IMG/VR virus record: IMGVR_UViG_3300028888_000067
Location: 32,001 to 96,000 of that record
Direction: 5' to 3' (one strand)
From: a virus
Lineage: Duplodnaviria > Caudoviricetes
DNA length: 64,000 nt
Shown: piece by piece, positions 46,667 through 55,056 of the stretch
How the letters are laid out: the number at the start of each line of letters is the position of its first letter
How positions within the stretch are numbered: the first letter of the stretch is position 1
Notes under the pieces: generated by a model
Databases searched by the model: none
Seen by the model: the letters and a program-made list of their open reading frames with translations, nothing else
What the model was told of the DNA's origin: nothing
Position numbers and translations under genes: made by a program

Positions 46667-47340
46667 AACACGTTCTCATTCTTAACAGATGGCGCACGCC
46701 GGATGGCACTATTTTAGTGTCTAACTCCAGACATGATTTCGTCACTCATCACGACACACTTGTGAATGACTTGTATTTTATCGATGGCGGCAGTGACTAC
46801 ATCCGCACCTCAAAAAACAACATTCCGTTGGCTGACATGTGTGTCTACGCAGATGACTCGTACGAGACAGTGAGACTTCATGAACATCGTGGAGCAATGG
46901 TGTCTTTCAAAGACAGCAAAGGCGAAACGCATCATAGAATCGTGTGGGTTCCTTTGAGAGCAATGTCTGACCAGCACTTGTGCAACTGCATCATCTACAA
47001 TCTGAAGAACACGAATGAGATAACCAGTTACAATGTGCACACTCACCTGTATGTCAAAGAGCTTCTATACAGAATAATGCATGACATGTTTTTAGATGAG
47101 TATGACTATACAGAAGAGTCCGTGAACACTGAGCCAAAGTATGAGACCGTAGAAATGGAATACAGGAAAACGGAAGCAGATGAAGCAGTCGTGCAAACGC
47201 TGGATGACATCAAAGAGCAGATAGAGAATGCCGGTTTGGACAAAGACGCGGTGCATTCATTTGACACATATGCTGCTCTCACAATGCTTGACAAAATGTA
47301 TTCTAATTTAGAAGACACGACGGAAGAAATTTTAGTCTAA
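46663..47340 (+). CDS. Hypothetical phage protein (TPDGT.L.S..RHDF...DGG.DY.R motif)
   Basis: ATGA overlap with upstream gene; motif-like N-terminus. Confidence 0.7.
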   Translation: MKHVLILNRWRTPDGTILVSNSRHDFVTHHDTLVNDLYFIDGGSDYIRTSKNNIPLADMCVYADDSYETVRLHEHRGAMVSFKDSKGETHHRIVWVPLRAMSDQHLCNCIIYNLKNTNEITSYNVHTHLYVKELLYRIMHDMFLDEYDYTEESVNTEPKYETVEMEYRKTEADEAVVQTLDDIKEQIENAGLDKDAVHSFDTYAALTMLDKMYSNLEDTTEEILV

Positions 47341-47407
47341 GTTGAATTTTTCTCATGTTTTTGTTATATTGATATAAATAAACAAATATCCTAAAAATAG
47401 AAAAATT

Positions 47408-47746
47408 ATGATTCATTTAATAGTTATATTGTCCTGTATTATAGCATTCTTAATCGGGGCGTTCATTCTGTTCAAACTCTTTGGCGACAAGAGACCTCCG
47501 TTGAAAGTGGGTGATGTAGTCATTCTCTCGTACAAGCAAGAGAACCCGTATCTTGACACCGAGTTTCACTATGAGACTGTCACGGACATCAAGACAAATG
47601 ACATGGGCAAAATCTATTTCAAGTCATACACGTCAGACATCAATGGAGAACGTGCGATTGAACAGCACGACTGGCTTGACAGCCACAAGACTGGCGAATG
47701 CTACACTGACAACATTTGCTGGATAATCGTCAATCATATAAAATAA
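47408..47746 (+). CDS. Hypothetical membrane-anchored protein
   Basis: N-terminal hydrophobic helix; TTTTGTTATATTGA (47359) and TATAAATA (47373) upstream. Confidence 0.65.
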   Translation: MIHLIVILSCIIAFLIGAFILFKLFGDKRPPLKVGDVVILSYKQENPYLDTEFHYETVTDIKTNDMGKIYFKSYTSDINGERAIEQHDWLDSHKTGECYTDNICWIIVNHIK

Positions 47747-47751
47747 CAGAT

Positions 47752-48111
47752 ATGACAATCAAGAAATTTATTGAATTAGCAAGATTCAAACATGACCGGC
47801 ATTATGTAGAAGTTGTGGCTGACAAATGTGACAAAATCATAGAAAGCTGCAACACAATAGATCAATGCCATAATGCTATTTCATTCGTGAACCACGCGAA
47901 AGAGATTATTTTCATCAAAGAGAAACTTGATGAATATCCGAACCTTATGCTGTGGCTTTGCAGGAAAGTGAATCGTGACGAATGTCACAGTGAATTCATT
48001 GATTATGTCAACTCGACGTTTGACAAACTCAACAAGAGAATCTTGGAAAAGATTGGTGAGCTTGGTGTTTTCCAGACGTCACAAAATCCCACAACCGATG
48101 GAGAAAAATAA
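47752..48111 (+). CDS. Hypothetical protein
   Basis: ATG 47752 just after the previous stop. Confidence 0.6.
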   Translation: MTIKKFIELARFKHDRHYVEVVADKCDKIIESCNTIDQCHNAISFVNHAKEIIFIKEKLDEYPNLMLWLCRKVNRDECHSEFIDYVNSTFDKLNKRILEKIGELGVFQTSQNPTTDGEK

Positions 48112-48523
48112 TTTTGACTATTCCATTGACATCGTAAACAAAATGAGAAAAATCCTGTTGCCAGACATGGTATCTCTCATAAAAAGAAAAATCGAAAAAG
48201 AGAAAAAGCTTGATATTCATGACTATTCGCAGAAGCGTCAGTTAATGACTCTAATGCTAATCAATATGCTCGACAAAAAGGTTTTTATAGACGAGTTTGC
48301 AGTAAACAGCAAGCCGTGGGCTATTCTCATATACACTGTGAATGACAACCTTATGGTGACTTTGCGTGAACTTGAGCATGACAGTGTATTCAGATACAAC
48401 ATAGATGAATTTGACAATGACCAGTTTAATGTCATAATCAATTATATTAACGTTATGGCTGACAATGAGTCTGACTATATAAAAAACAAACCCACAATAG
48501 AAAAATCAGTTAAAGATGAATGA
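48098..48523 (+). CDS. Hypothetical protein
   Basis: ATG 48098 overlapping the previous stop. Confidence 0.6.
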   Translation: MEKNNFDYSIDIVNKMRKILLPDMVSLIKRKIEKEKKLDIHDYSQKRQLMTLMLINMLDKKVFIDEFAVNSKPWAILIYTVNDNLMVTLRELEHDSVFRYNIDEFDNDQFNVIINYINVMADNESDYIKNKPTIEKSVKDE

Positions 48524-49229
48524 GATTGAAAAAGTCTGGAAAGAATTTGGCGACAATGTGAAAAACATATCAATCGAGTTCAGTGACAGCAAATGGCGCA
48601 TCGCATACAAGAATGGTAACGATGTGCTGTTTGTCGTCAAGGACGAGGACATGACAAACGGCGCCAAGAAGCTGCTTGAATGGTACAGAGACTCTCACAC
48701 ATTCAGAAGAGCAGCAGAGAACATGTGGCTTCTGCTTGACCACATCGCAAACGAATTTGGAATCGGCAACAATGAGATTTATGAAATCTGCGAAGAACGC
48801 TTGCAGTTCATAACAAGAAATGATGATGGCGAACTTGTGTGGGCTGCTGGATATGAAGACCGCGTGAAGCCTGAACCAAAGCAGATTTCACATGTTGAAG
48901 AACAAAAGAGAGACAACACCTCTTGGATGACTGCAACTGCAGCTTCTACTCTTGACCCCGTCAATGAAACAGTCGAAATCGTCCCTGATGGCTATCCAAA
49001 CTATTTCACTGTCATCTCAAATGACTTCACGAAAACGGAATGCTTTGGATATGTCAATGGCGAACGCATGCGTGTTGTCGTCAATCACGCGGATCCAAAG
49101 AACAGTATCATTGAAGCAGCTAAACCAACAATGGAAACTAAAGAAGTCATCGGGACAACTGAGTCAAACTTCAACTCTTACTATGACGAAGCAAGTGCCG
49201 GAATACAGTCAGCAATGTTCACAATATAA
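48516..49229 (+). CDS. Hypothetical protein
   Basis: 237-aa operonic ORF. Confidence 0.65.
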   Translation: MNEIEKVWKEFGDNVKNISIEFSDSKWRIAYKNGNDVLFVVKDEDMTNGAKKLLEWYRDSHTFRRAAENMWLLLDHIANEFGIGNNEIYEICEERLQFITRNDDGELVWAAGYEDRVKPEPKQISHVEEQKRDNTSWMTATAASTLDPVNETVEIVPDGYPNYFTVISNDFTKTECFGYVNGERMRVVVNHADPKNSIIEAAKPTMETKEVIGTTESNFNSYYDEASAGIQSAMFTI

Positions 49230-49255
49230 AAATAACCAATCAACAAGCCAAACCT

Positions 49256-49855
49256 ATGCCAGACCAAACCAAAGAACTTAACCCAGATGAACTACTATGT
49301 TCAAAGAACTTCAATTCAATCGTCAATGTCATCATATACCGTTTTGGGAGCTTTGACGACGACATTAAAGCAGACATACGCCAAGCATGCGCGTTAGCAG
49401 TGCTGAAAAGCATTGAAAAATACGACCCGATGAAGAACGACAAGTTCTGGGTGTATGCGATGCCAAGAATGGTCGAATATGCAAAGAATGAGCTCAATCT
49501 CCACAAGAACATAATTCATATACCATACAACCGCATCAACTCAGGTTTCAAGAATTATGAGAATGTCTCTTACACTTACAGCAAACTAACTTTTGAGAAT
49601 GGGTGCGACTTGCCGTTGTTCGTTCCTGATGGTGACCAATGTGCTATAATAGACCTCTACAATGCAATCAGCTCACTTGAAGAAAACGAGCAGAATGTAG
49701 TGAAAATGCGCATTGGCATCGAAAACACAGTCAACGGGAAGAATGATTTTGCCAGCATCGGCAAGACACTCAACATGCCTATGCACAAAGCAAGGAACAT
49801 ATTCATCAGCTCACAGAAGAAACTAAAAGAATTCTTGCAAGAATACATCAAATGA
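49256..49855 (+). CDS. Sigma-70-family RNA polymerase sigma factor (regions 2 and 4)
   Basis: D.RQ...LAVLKSIEKYDP....F..YA; L.ENEQ.VV.MR.G....F..IG..L.......I....KKLK HTH. Confidence 0.8.
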   Translation: MPDQTKELNPDELLCSKNFNSIVNVIIYRFGSFDDDIKADIRQACALAVLKSIEKYDPMKNDKFWVYAMPRMVEYAKNELNLHKNIIHIPYNRINSGFKNYENVSYTYSKLTFENGCDLPLFVPDGDQCAIIDLYNAISSLEENEQNVVKMRIGIENTVNGKNDFASIGKTLNMPMHKARNIFISSQKKLKEFLQEYIK

Positions 49856-49864
49856 ACAAAAGCC

Positions 49865-50050
49865 ATGTTTAGCGACAATGAACATCTAAAGAAATTTGTC
49901 AAGCCAAGTGAAGAAGAAAAAAGAAAGGCAATAGAAGAAAAAAATAAGGAAAGACTAGAACAATGGGCACGCAAGATGATGAATAACAGTTTCTATGGCG
50001 CTTATGTGCCAGACTATTCTTGCATTGTCAATATTACACCAAAACTTTGA
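49865..50050 (+). CDS. Small protein, MFSDN family
   Basis: MFSDNEHLKKFV. Confidence 0.6.
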   Translation: MFSDNEHLKKFVKPSEEEKRKAIEEKNKERLEQWARKMMNNSFYGAYVPDYSCIVNITPKL

Positions 50051-50052
50051 AG

Positions 50053-50337
50053 ATGTTTTCCGACAACGAAAATCTCAAAGACATTGTGCATGTCTCGTTT
50101 GAGAAGTTCAGACAAGACGCGCTTAAACGTGCAGAACAGCGTAATGAACACCAAAGAAAGGGACAGTTCATATACATAGACTGCATGTCTCGTTATTATG
50201 AACAACTTGTCGAACTTGAGACATGTACACCAGAATTGTTTTCGAAAGTCGATTGTTTCTACAATGACAACAACATTGACGCATTTCTGGAAGTCATATA
50301 TGAAAATATAAATAAAACAACAAAGTATGACTTATGA
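50053..50337 (+). CDS. Small protein, MFSDN family (start corrected)
   Basis: ATG 50053, MFSDNENLKDIV. Confidence 0.6.
   Translation: MFSDNENLKDIVHVSFEKFRQDALKRAEQRNEHQRKGQFIYIDCMSRYYEQLVELETCTPELFSKVDCFYNDNNIDAFLEVIYENINKTTKYDL
50307..50314 (+). promoter_or_regulatory. Late promoter TATAAATA
   Basis: Upstream of the 50334-53462 gene run. Confidence 0.65.
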
Positions 50338-50873
50338 AATGGGACTATAATCCACGCACAGGAAGAATGGAGCCTCAACGGCAGACTGGCATTGAAGTCA
50401 CTGCACGCCAAGGCGGTGTGATGGTTGAGGATAATGACAAACATGTGCAGTTTCTTATCAACTATGGCACAAGTGCTATTTCGCATTGTGTTGGCTGCAC
50501 TGGCAGAGACATTCATCTGTTCAACGACAATGACGCGAGAAAGATTGCTGAAAGAGTTAGGTGGATTGCGAGAGGCAAAGGGATAGATGAAATGTATTTT
50601 GACTGGAAAACTTATTCAATAAATTATAGAAATATGAGAACTAACGAAAACCACGTTTATAGAATAGATGAATTCAACAATATGAACAAGCAAGCGCTTG
50701 AAGATCTTTATCTTGGCAAGACGATAAGAATCATCAGCTTGAAAGATGAAGATTCAAGATATGCAGGCAGAGAAGGAAAAGTCGAACACATTGACGACCT
50801 TGGGCAGCTTCACGGCACTTGGGGCGGGCTTGCTGTCATCCCTGATGTTGATTCATTTGAAGTTATAGAATAA
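50334..50873 (+). CDS. Protein with C-terminal DUF4314-like domain
   Basis: G..G.V.HIDD.GQLH..W..LA.IP.VD.F.VI. Confidence 0.65.
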   Translation: MKWDYNPRTGRMEPQRQTGIEVTARQGGVMVEDNDKHVQFLINYGTSAISHCVGCTGRDIHLFNDNDARKIAERVRWIARGKGIDEMYFDWKTYSINYRNMRTNENHVYRIDEFNNMNKQALEDLYLGKTIRIISLKDEDSRYAGREGKVEHIDDLGQLHGTWGGLAVIPDVDSFEVIE

Positions 50874-50882
50874 TATACGAAT

Positions 50883-51293
50883 ATGAAAATACTTAAGCTA
50901 GACGAACAAGACACATTTTACCAAGTTGATGCAAGCGGGTTTGAAGGTGAAACTATCACATTTGACTTGAATGACATCCGTACACTTAAAAACGAAAATA
51001 TAGAAATCTTGATTGAAGTTGACTGTAACATAATCGTCAATTATGTGTGGGATTCACACGGCAAGTGCGTGCCTTTTCCATACAATGGCAAGACGACAAT
51101 GAAGCAGAACAATGTTCACGCAAAGATAACAAAAATCGAAAGAACATATGCTTATGATGACGGAGATGTGTCTGATGAAGAAAGCTGGGATCTTGAATTG
51201 AATGGCGAAAAACATCCAGGAGATGTGTACCGTTATTCATACAACGAAAAAAACAACACACTAAGAGTCAAACTTTGTGTTGGAGCTGGATAA
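50883..51293 (+). CDS. Hypothetical protein with short leader-like start
   Basis: MKILKLDE. Confidence 0.65.
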   Translation: MKILKLDEQDTFYQVDASGFEGETITFDLNDIRTLKNENIEILIEVDCNIIVNYVWDSHGKCVPFPYNGKTTMKQNNVHAKITKIERTYAYDDGDVSDEESWDLELNGEKHPGDVYRYSYNEKNNTLRVKLCVGAG

Positions 51294-51302
51294 AAATAAA
51301 AC

Positions 51303-52460
51303 ATGAATATGAAAATACTTAACTTAAACGATTTTATCAATGAAGCACATGCTGCTACAGATCCTTATGTTGATTTGCCGGAAAGAGTAAAAAAATATCA
51401 CAAAAGTTTTTGGGACACAAAAGAATTCGCAAAAGAAGCTAAGGAAAAATACAAAGAATATGCGAAGACTGCTCAGCAGATAAATGGAGACAATCTTGAG
51501 ATTCTTGTTGCTAGACTTAAAGAAGCAGTGACTAATGCAAACGGCAACAAAGCTTTCGTTTTGATGGCAGATGAATGCAAATTTGACAGGTATTATTTTG
51601 AAAGAGAAAGAGAACATGATTTCTTTAGCGAAGTAGAACTGGCACTTTCTTACATCAGAGCTGCATTAGAGCTTGATGATTTCTCAATGGGTGAGTTCAC
51701 GCACACAAGAAAAGACAGCAAGGGCAAAAGCATAAACCTTGGACGTTGGAACGGCAACCAGTCATACACTGCTAATTTATATTACTGGATTTCTAAGATA
51801 GCTGCTGCGTACAATGTAGACATGCCGAAATTTGACAAAGACATCACTTTGCTGAGCACATCGTCAGCTGATGAAAGGTTCGATGCATGGTACAACGACA
51901 GAGTAGGTTTCCGGAAAATATCAGATCGTGCATATGACACTGCTCGTGAGAGATCACAGCAAGAATATGAGAGAGATTCAAAGAAAATAAGGAAAGCTCG
52001 TGAAGCATTCAGAAAGACAGAACTCTACAAAGACTTGAATGAAATCTTAGACATTGTCGAGAATGATTTGAAAGCAGCAGACAATGATTATATCAGATGG
52101 GCTGACAAGATGGCAGAAAAAGCAAGAAAAGATGCATATGAGAAACAGATTCAAGATGCTATAGAAAAAGTGTCAGACTATGTCAAGTCAGAAATAGAAA
52201 AAGAGCTTGATGACGACAATTTCTGCTACGGGCAGACATCTCTGTACCAGTTAGCTGCTATCGCATATGTTGAAGACGGTGACATGCCAGCAATCGTGGT
52301 GAAGTCGTCAAAAACGGGTTCTTGGATGTCTGGAATGCGTCACAGTGCTACATTTGAAGTGATAGGCAAAAACGGCAAGTCTTTCGGCGAAGTCACAATG
52401 GGAGACTATGGCATCACCGATCATGGCCGCACTGTTGATGGATTCGGCGCTTGGGACTAA
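51303..52460 (+). CDS. Hypothetical protein with capsid-targeting-like start
   Basis: MKILNLNDFINE. Confidence 0.7.
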   Translation: MNMKILNLNDFINEAHAATDPYVDLPERVKKYHKSFWDTKEFAKEAKEKYKEYAKTAQQINGDNLEILVARLKEAVTNANGNKAFVLMADECKFDRYYFEREREHDFFSEVELALSYIRAALELDDFSMGEFTHTRKDSKGKSINLGRWNGNQSYTANLYYWISKIAAAYNVDMPKFDKDITLLSTSSADERFDAWYNDRVGFRKISDRAYDTARERSQQEYERDSKKIRKAREAFRKTELYKDLNEILDIVENDLKAADNDYIRWADKMAEKARKDAYEKQIQDAIEKVSDYVKSEIEKELDDDNFCYGQTSLYQLAAIAYVEDGDMPAIVVKSSKTGSWMSGMRHSATFEVIGKNGKSFGEVTMGDYGITDHGRTVDGFGAWD

Positions 52461-52475
52461 ACATAATGGCTTGTC

Positions 52476-52958
52476 ATGAAAATATTGAATGCACATAGTT
52501 TCATTGCTGAACGCATGAAGTTCAGACCAGTCACGAATGTTGAATGGGATAAAATCAAAAGAGAGATAGAACATCAAACATTGCCTGATTTGCCGCTTTC
52601 ATATGACAATATTCTTGTGTCCGGCAACATATTAACTATAGAAACTATCATGGATATTCATTCATTGAATTTCAGCAATGACTATATTGTTATAGAACAA
52701 AAAGACTGGTGGTACAGATTGCACAATAGCGTATTTCGTGTATTAGTAAGATACTGCGAATATAGTCCAACAAACATGTCATACTGGACTGGTTATGAAC
52801 AAGCGTTTAAAGGTTCTCAGTTTCCAACAACGAATGAAAACAAATACAGAATCACAAGAATAAGAGGCACTTTGTCTAAACAAGAGCTTCATGACATAAA
52901 AAATGTTGATGATCTTAAACGGATATATGACAAGTACAATTTGACTTATGATAAATAA
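52476..52958 (+). CDS. Leader-family protein, cargo type E
   Basis: MKILNAHSFIAERMKFRPVTNVEW. Confidence 0.85.
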   Translation: MKILNAHSFIAERMKFRPVTNVEWDKIKREIEHQTLPDLPLSYDNILVSGNILTIETIMDIHSLNFSNDYIVIEQKDWWYRLHNSVFRVLVRYCEYSPTNMSYWTGYEQAFKGSQFPTTNENKYRITRIRGTLSKQELHDIKNVDDLKRIYDKYNLTYDK

Positions 52959-52970
52959 TATATGTGAATC

Positions 52971-53462
52971 ATGAAAATATTTGACATAGATAGTTTCATT
53001 GCTGAACGCATGAAGTTCAGACCAGTCACAAATGTAGAATGGGACAAAATCAGAAAAGAGACTCTTGTAGAGCTGCCTGTCAAATATGAAAACATATTGA
53101 CACTTGGAAATGTGCTAACTATAAAGAAGACATATAAACATAAAGAACGCTCAAATGAAAATAGTGAAACTGATTATATTGTCACATTAAAAGAATATGC
53201 ACCTGTTGAAATAGCAAGAGATGCCAAACAAGTGTTGGTGTCATATAGACTAAACGGAAACACTAATCAGATTACATATTGGGTTGATTTTTTTGATAAC
53301 TTCAAACCAGCTTTTCCAAAACTTGATATTTTAGGTGTATGCGAGTTTGAGGTGACTAACATAAGAGGAACTTTGCCCGATTACATCTTGCGTAAGATGA
53401 AAGACATAAATTATATGAAACGCGTGTATGATGAATATCATTTGGCTTGTGACTGTTCATAA
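52971..53462 (+). CDS. Leader-family protein, cargo type E
   Basis: MKIFDIDSFIAERMKFRPVTNVEW; LP..Y.NIL..GN.LTI and T.IRGTL shared with 52476. Confidence 0.85.
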   Translation: MKIFDIDSFIAERMKFRPVTNVEWDKIRKETLVELPVKYENILTLGNVLTIKKTYKHKERSNENSETDYIVTLKEYAPVEIARDAKQVLVSYRLNGNTNQITYWVDFFDNFKPAFPKLDILGVCEFEVTNIRGTLPDYILRKMKDINYMKRVYDEYHLACDCS

Positions 53463-53485
53463 CAAAGCATTTGTGTCTAAAAAAT

Positions 53486-53516
53486 AAATGGAACATTCAA
53501 AGATGTTCCATTTTTT
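53486..53516 (+). terminator. Intrinsic terminator
   Basis: AAATGGAACAT-TCAAAG-ATGTTCCATTT followed by Ts. Confidence 0.75.
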
Positions 53517-53570
53517 ATTATTTTATATTGTAGAAAATTTGTTATTAGTAATATTAAAACATTTGTAAGT

Positions 53571-54815
53571 ATGGCAAAACAATCAGGAGTCTTTACAATT
53601 AGCGATTTGAACAAAGCATTGTCGAAAAATTCGAAGTTTGGCGCATTGCTGTCCGAAGGTGGCGGCACATCTAAAATCACCGAGTACATCCCTACAGGCA
53701 ACTATCTTTTGAACGCTTGCATGAGTGGAAGCTTGCTGAAAGGAATACCCAACAACAGAAGCATCTGCTTAAGCGGTGAGTCCGGTGTTGGCAAGACGTA
53801 TCTTCTGCTCAACATGTGCAGGGAAGCTCAGAAACTTGGCTATTTCATTATCTATTACGACAGTGAGAATGCTGTGGACGGTGAGATTGCCACGAAATTT
53901 GGAATAGATTTGTCAATGTTCAGATACGAGCCTGTGCAGACAGTCCAGGAATTCAGAAGCAATGTGACGAACATCATAGACACATTGATTGAACAGAAGG
54001 AGCAAGGCAACGAGATTCCAAAAGTGTTCATCGCATTGGACAGTGCCGGCAACCTTGCGTCACAGAAAGAAGTCGATGACGCGAAGTCTTATTCAGACAA
54101 AGCTGACTTGAGCCGCGCGAAGATGATGAAGTCAATCTTCCGTATCATGATGTCAAAACTCGGCATCATCGGGGGAACATTCGTCTTCACAAACCATGTC
54201 TACAAGACAATGGATTTGTATGCACAAGACACTCAAAGCGGCGGAACAGGTCTGGTGTATGGCGCTTCAATCATCCTGAATATGACAAAAGCGAAGTTGA
54301 AAGAAGGCTCTGAACAGACAGGAATCGTCGTCACAGCAAAGCCGCAGAAAAACCGTTTCTGCATTCCGACACCTGTGAAATTCCATATTTCATTCCAGAA
54401 GGGAATGAACCGTTATGTGGGTCTGCAGGACTATATGAGCTGGGATGCTTGTGGCGTTGGTAGAGGAAAGTTCATCAATGCAAAAGAATATTCAAAACTT
54501 GGTGAATCTGAAAAAGAGAAATGCAGAAAGCATCCGATGAGCGATGACGTGTATTTCTTGCCAAGCGATACCGGAAGATATATCTGCACTGACCACCAGT
54601 TAGAGCCGTTCAAATGGTCAGAAGTATGTTCAAGCGGAGTGTGGACGCAAGACGCGATTGAAAGACTGGACAAGAATGTGATTGTCGGGATATTCGCCTA
54701 CAATGACGCGAAGAACAATGATGACATCAAGACGATTCTTGACAATGATGAAGAATACAGCACGGATTCTATTGACGACACTGACGACATCATAAAACAC
54801 CAGTTAGATGATTAA
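53571..54815 (+). CDS. uvsX: UvsX/RecA-like recombinase
   Basis: IPTG...LN..MSG, GESGVGKT, YYDSENA, IALDS.GNL, FTNHVY, SGG.G..Y.AS, KNRF. Confidence 0.92.
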   Translation: MAKQSGVFTISDLNKALSKNSKFGALLSEGGGTSKITEYIPTGNYLLNACMSGSLLKGIPNNRSICLSGESGVGKTYLLLNMCREAQKLGYFIIYYDSENAVDGEIATKFGIDLSMFRYEPVQTVQEFRSNVTNIIDTLIEQKEQGNEIPKVFIALDSAGNLASQKEVDDAKSYSDKADLSRAKMMKSIFRIMMSKLGIIGGTFVFTNHVYKTMDLYAQDTQSGGTGLVYGASIILNMTKAKLKEGSEQTGIVVTAKPQKNRFCIPTPVKFHISFQKGMNRYVGLQDYMSWDACGVGRGKFINAKEYSKLGESEKEKCRKHPMSDDVYFLPSDTGRYICTDHQLEPFKWSEVCSSGVWTQDAIERLDKNVIVGIFAYNDAKNNDDIKTILDNDEEYSTDSIDDTDDIIKHQLDD

Positions 54816-55056
54816 CGAAGACTTAGTCCCATTGAAATACATAACTGGGTCTTACCGGTATGAAAAACGATATCCCACGGCAGAAGACTTGTTGTGGGAT
54901 ATTGTTAGTATTGAGAAAAAGTCAGTTACTGTAGAATACATAGACTGGATTGAGCCCGAGACGAGAGACCAGTTGCTTGAAGAACTTGTTGAGAGCAAGA
55001 ACATAAAAATAAACAACGGAAAAATAACGATATTAAAGACAGACTGGGATGGATAA
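54808..55056 (+). CDS. Hypothetical protein
   Basis: Overlaps the uvsX stop and the helicase start. Confidence 0.6.
   Translation: MINEDLVPLKYITGSYRYEKRYPTAEDLLWDIVSIEKKSVTVEYIDWIEPETRDQLLEELVESKNIKINNGKITILKTDWDG

Noticed and set aside
52508-52524. Inverted repeat TGAAC-N7-GTTCA within the leader DNA as a recombinase site
   Set aside because: Present only in some copies with Phe in RMKF; others read AAGATC or AAAGTG, so it follows the encoded peptide.
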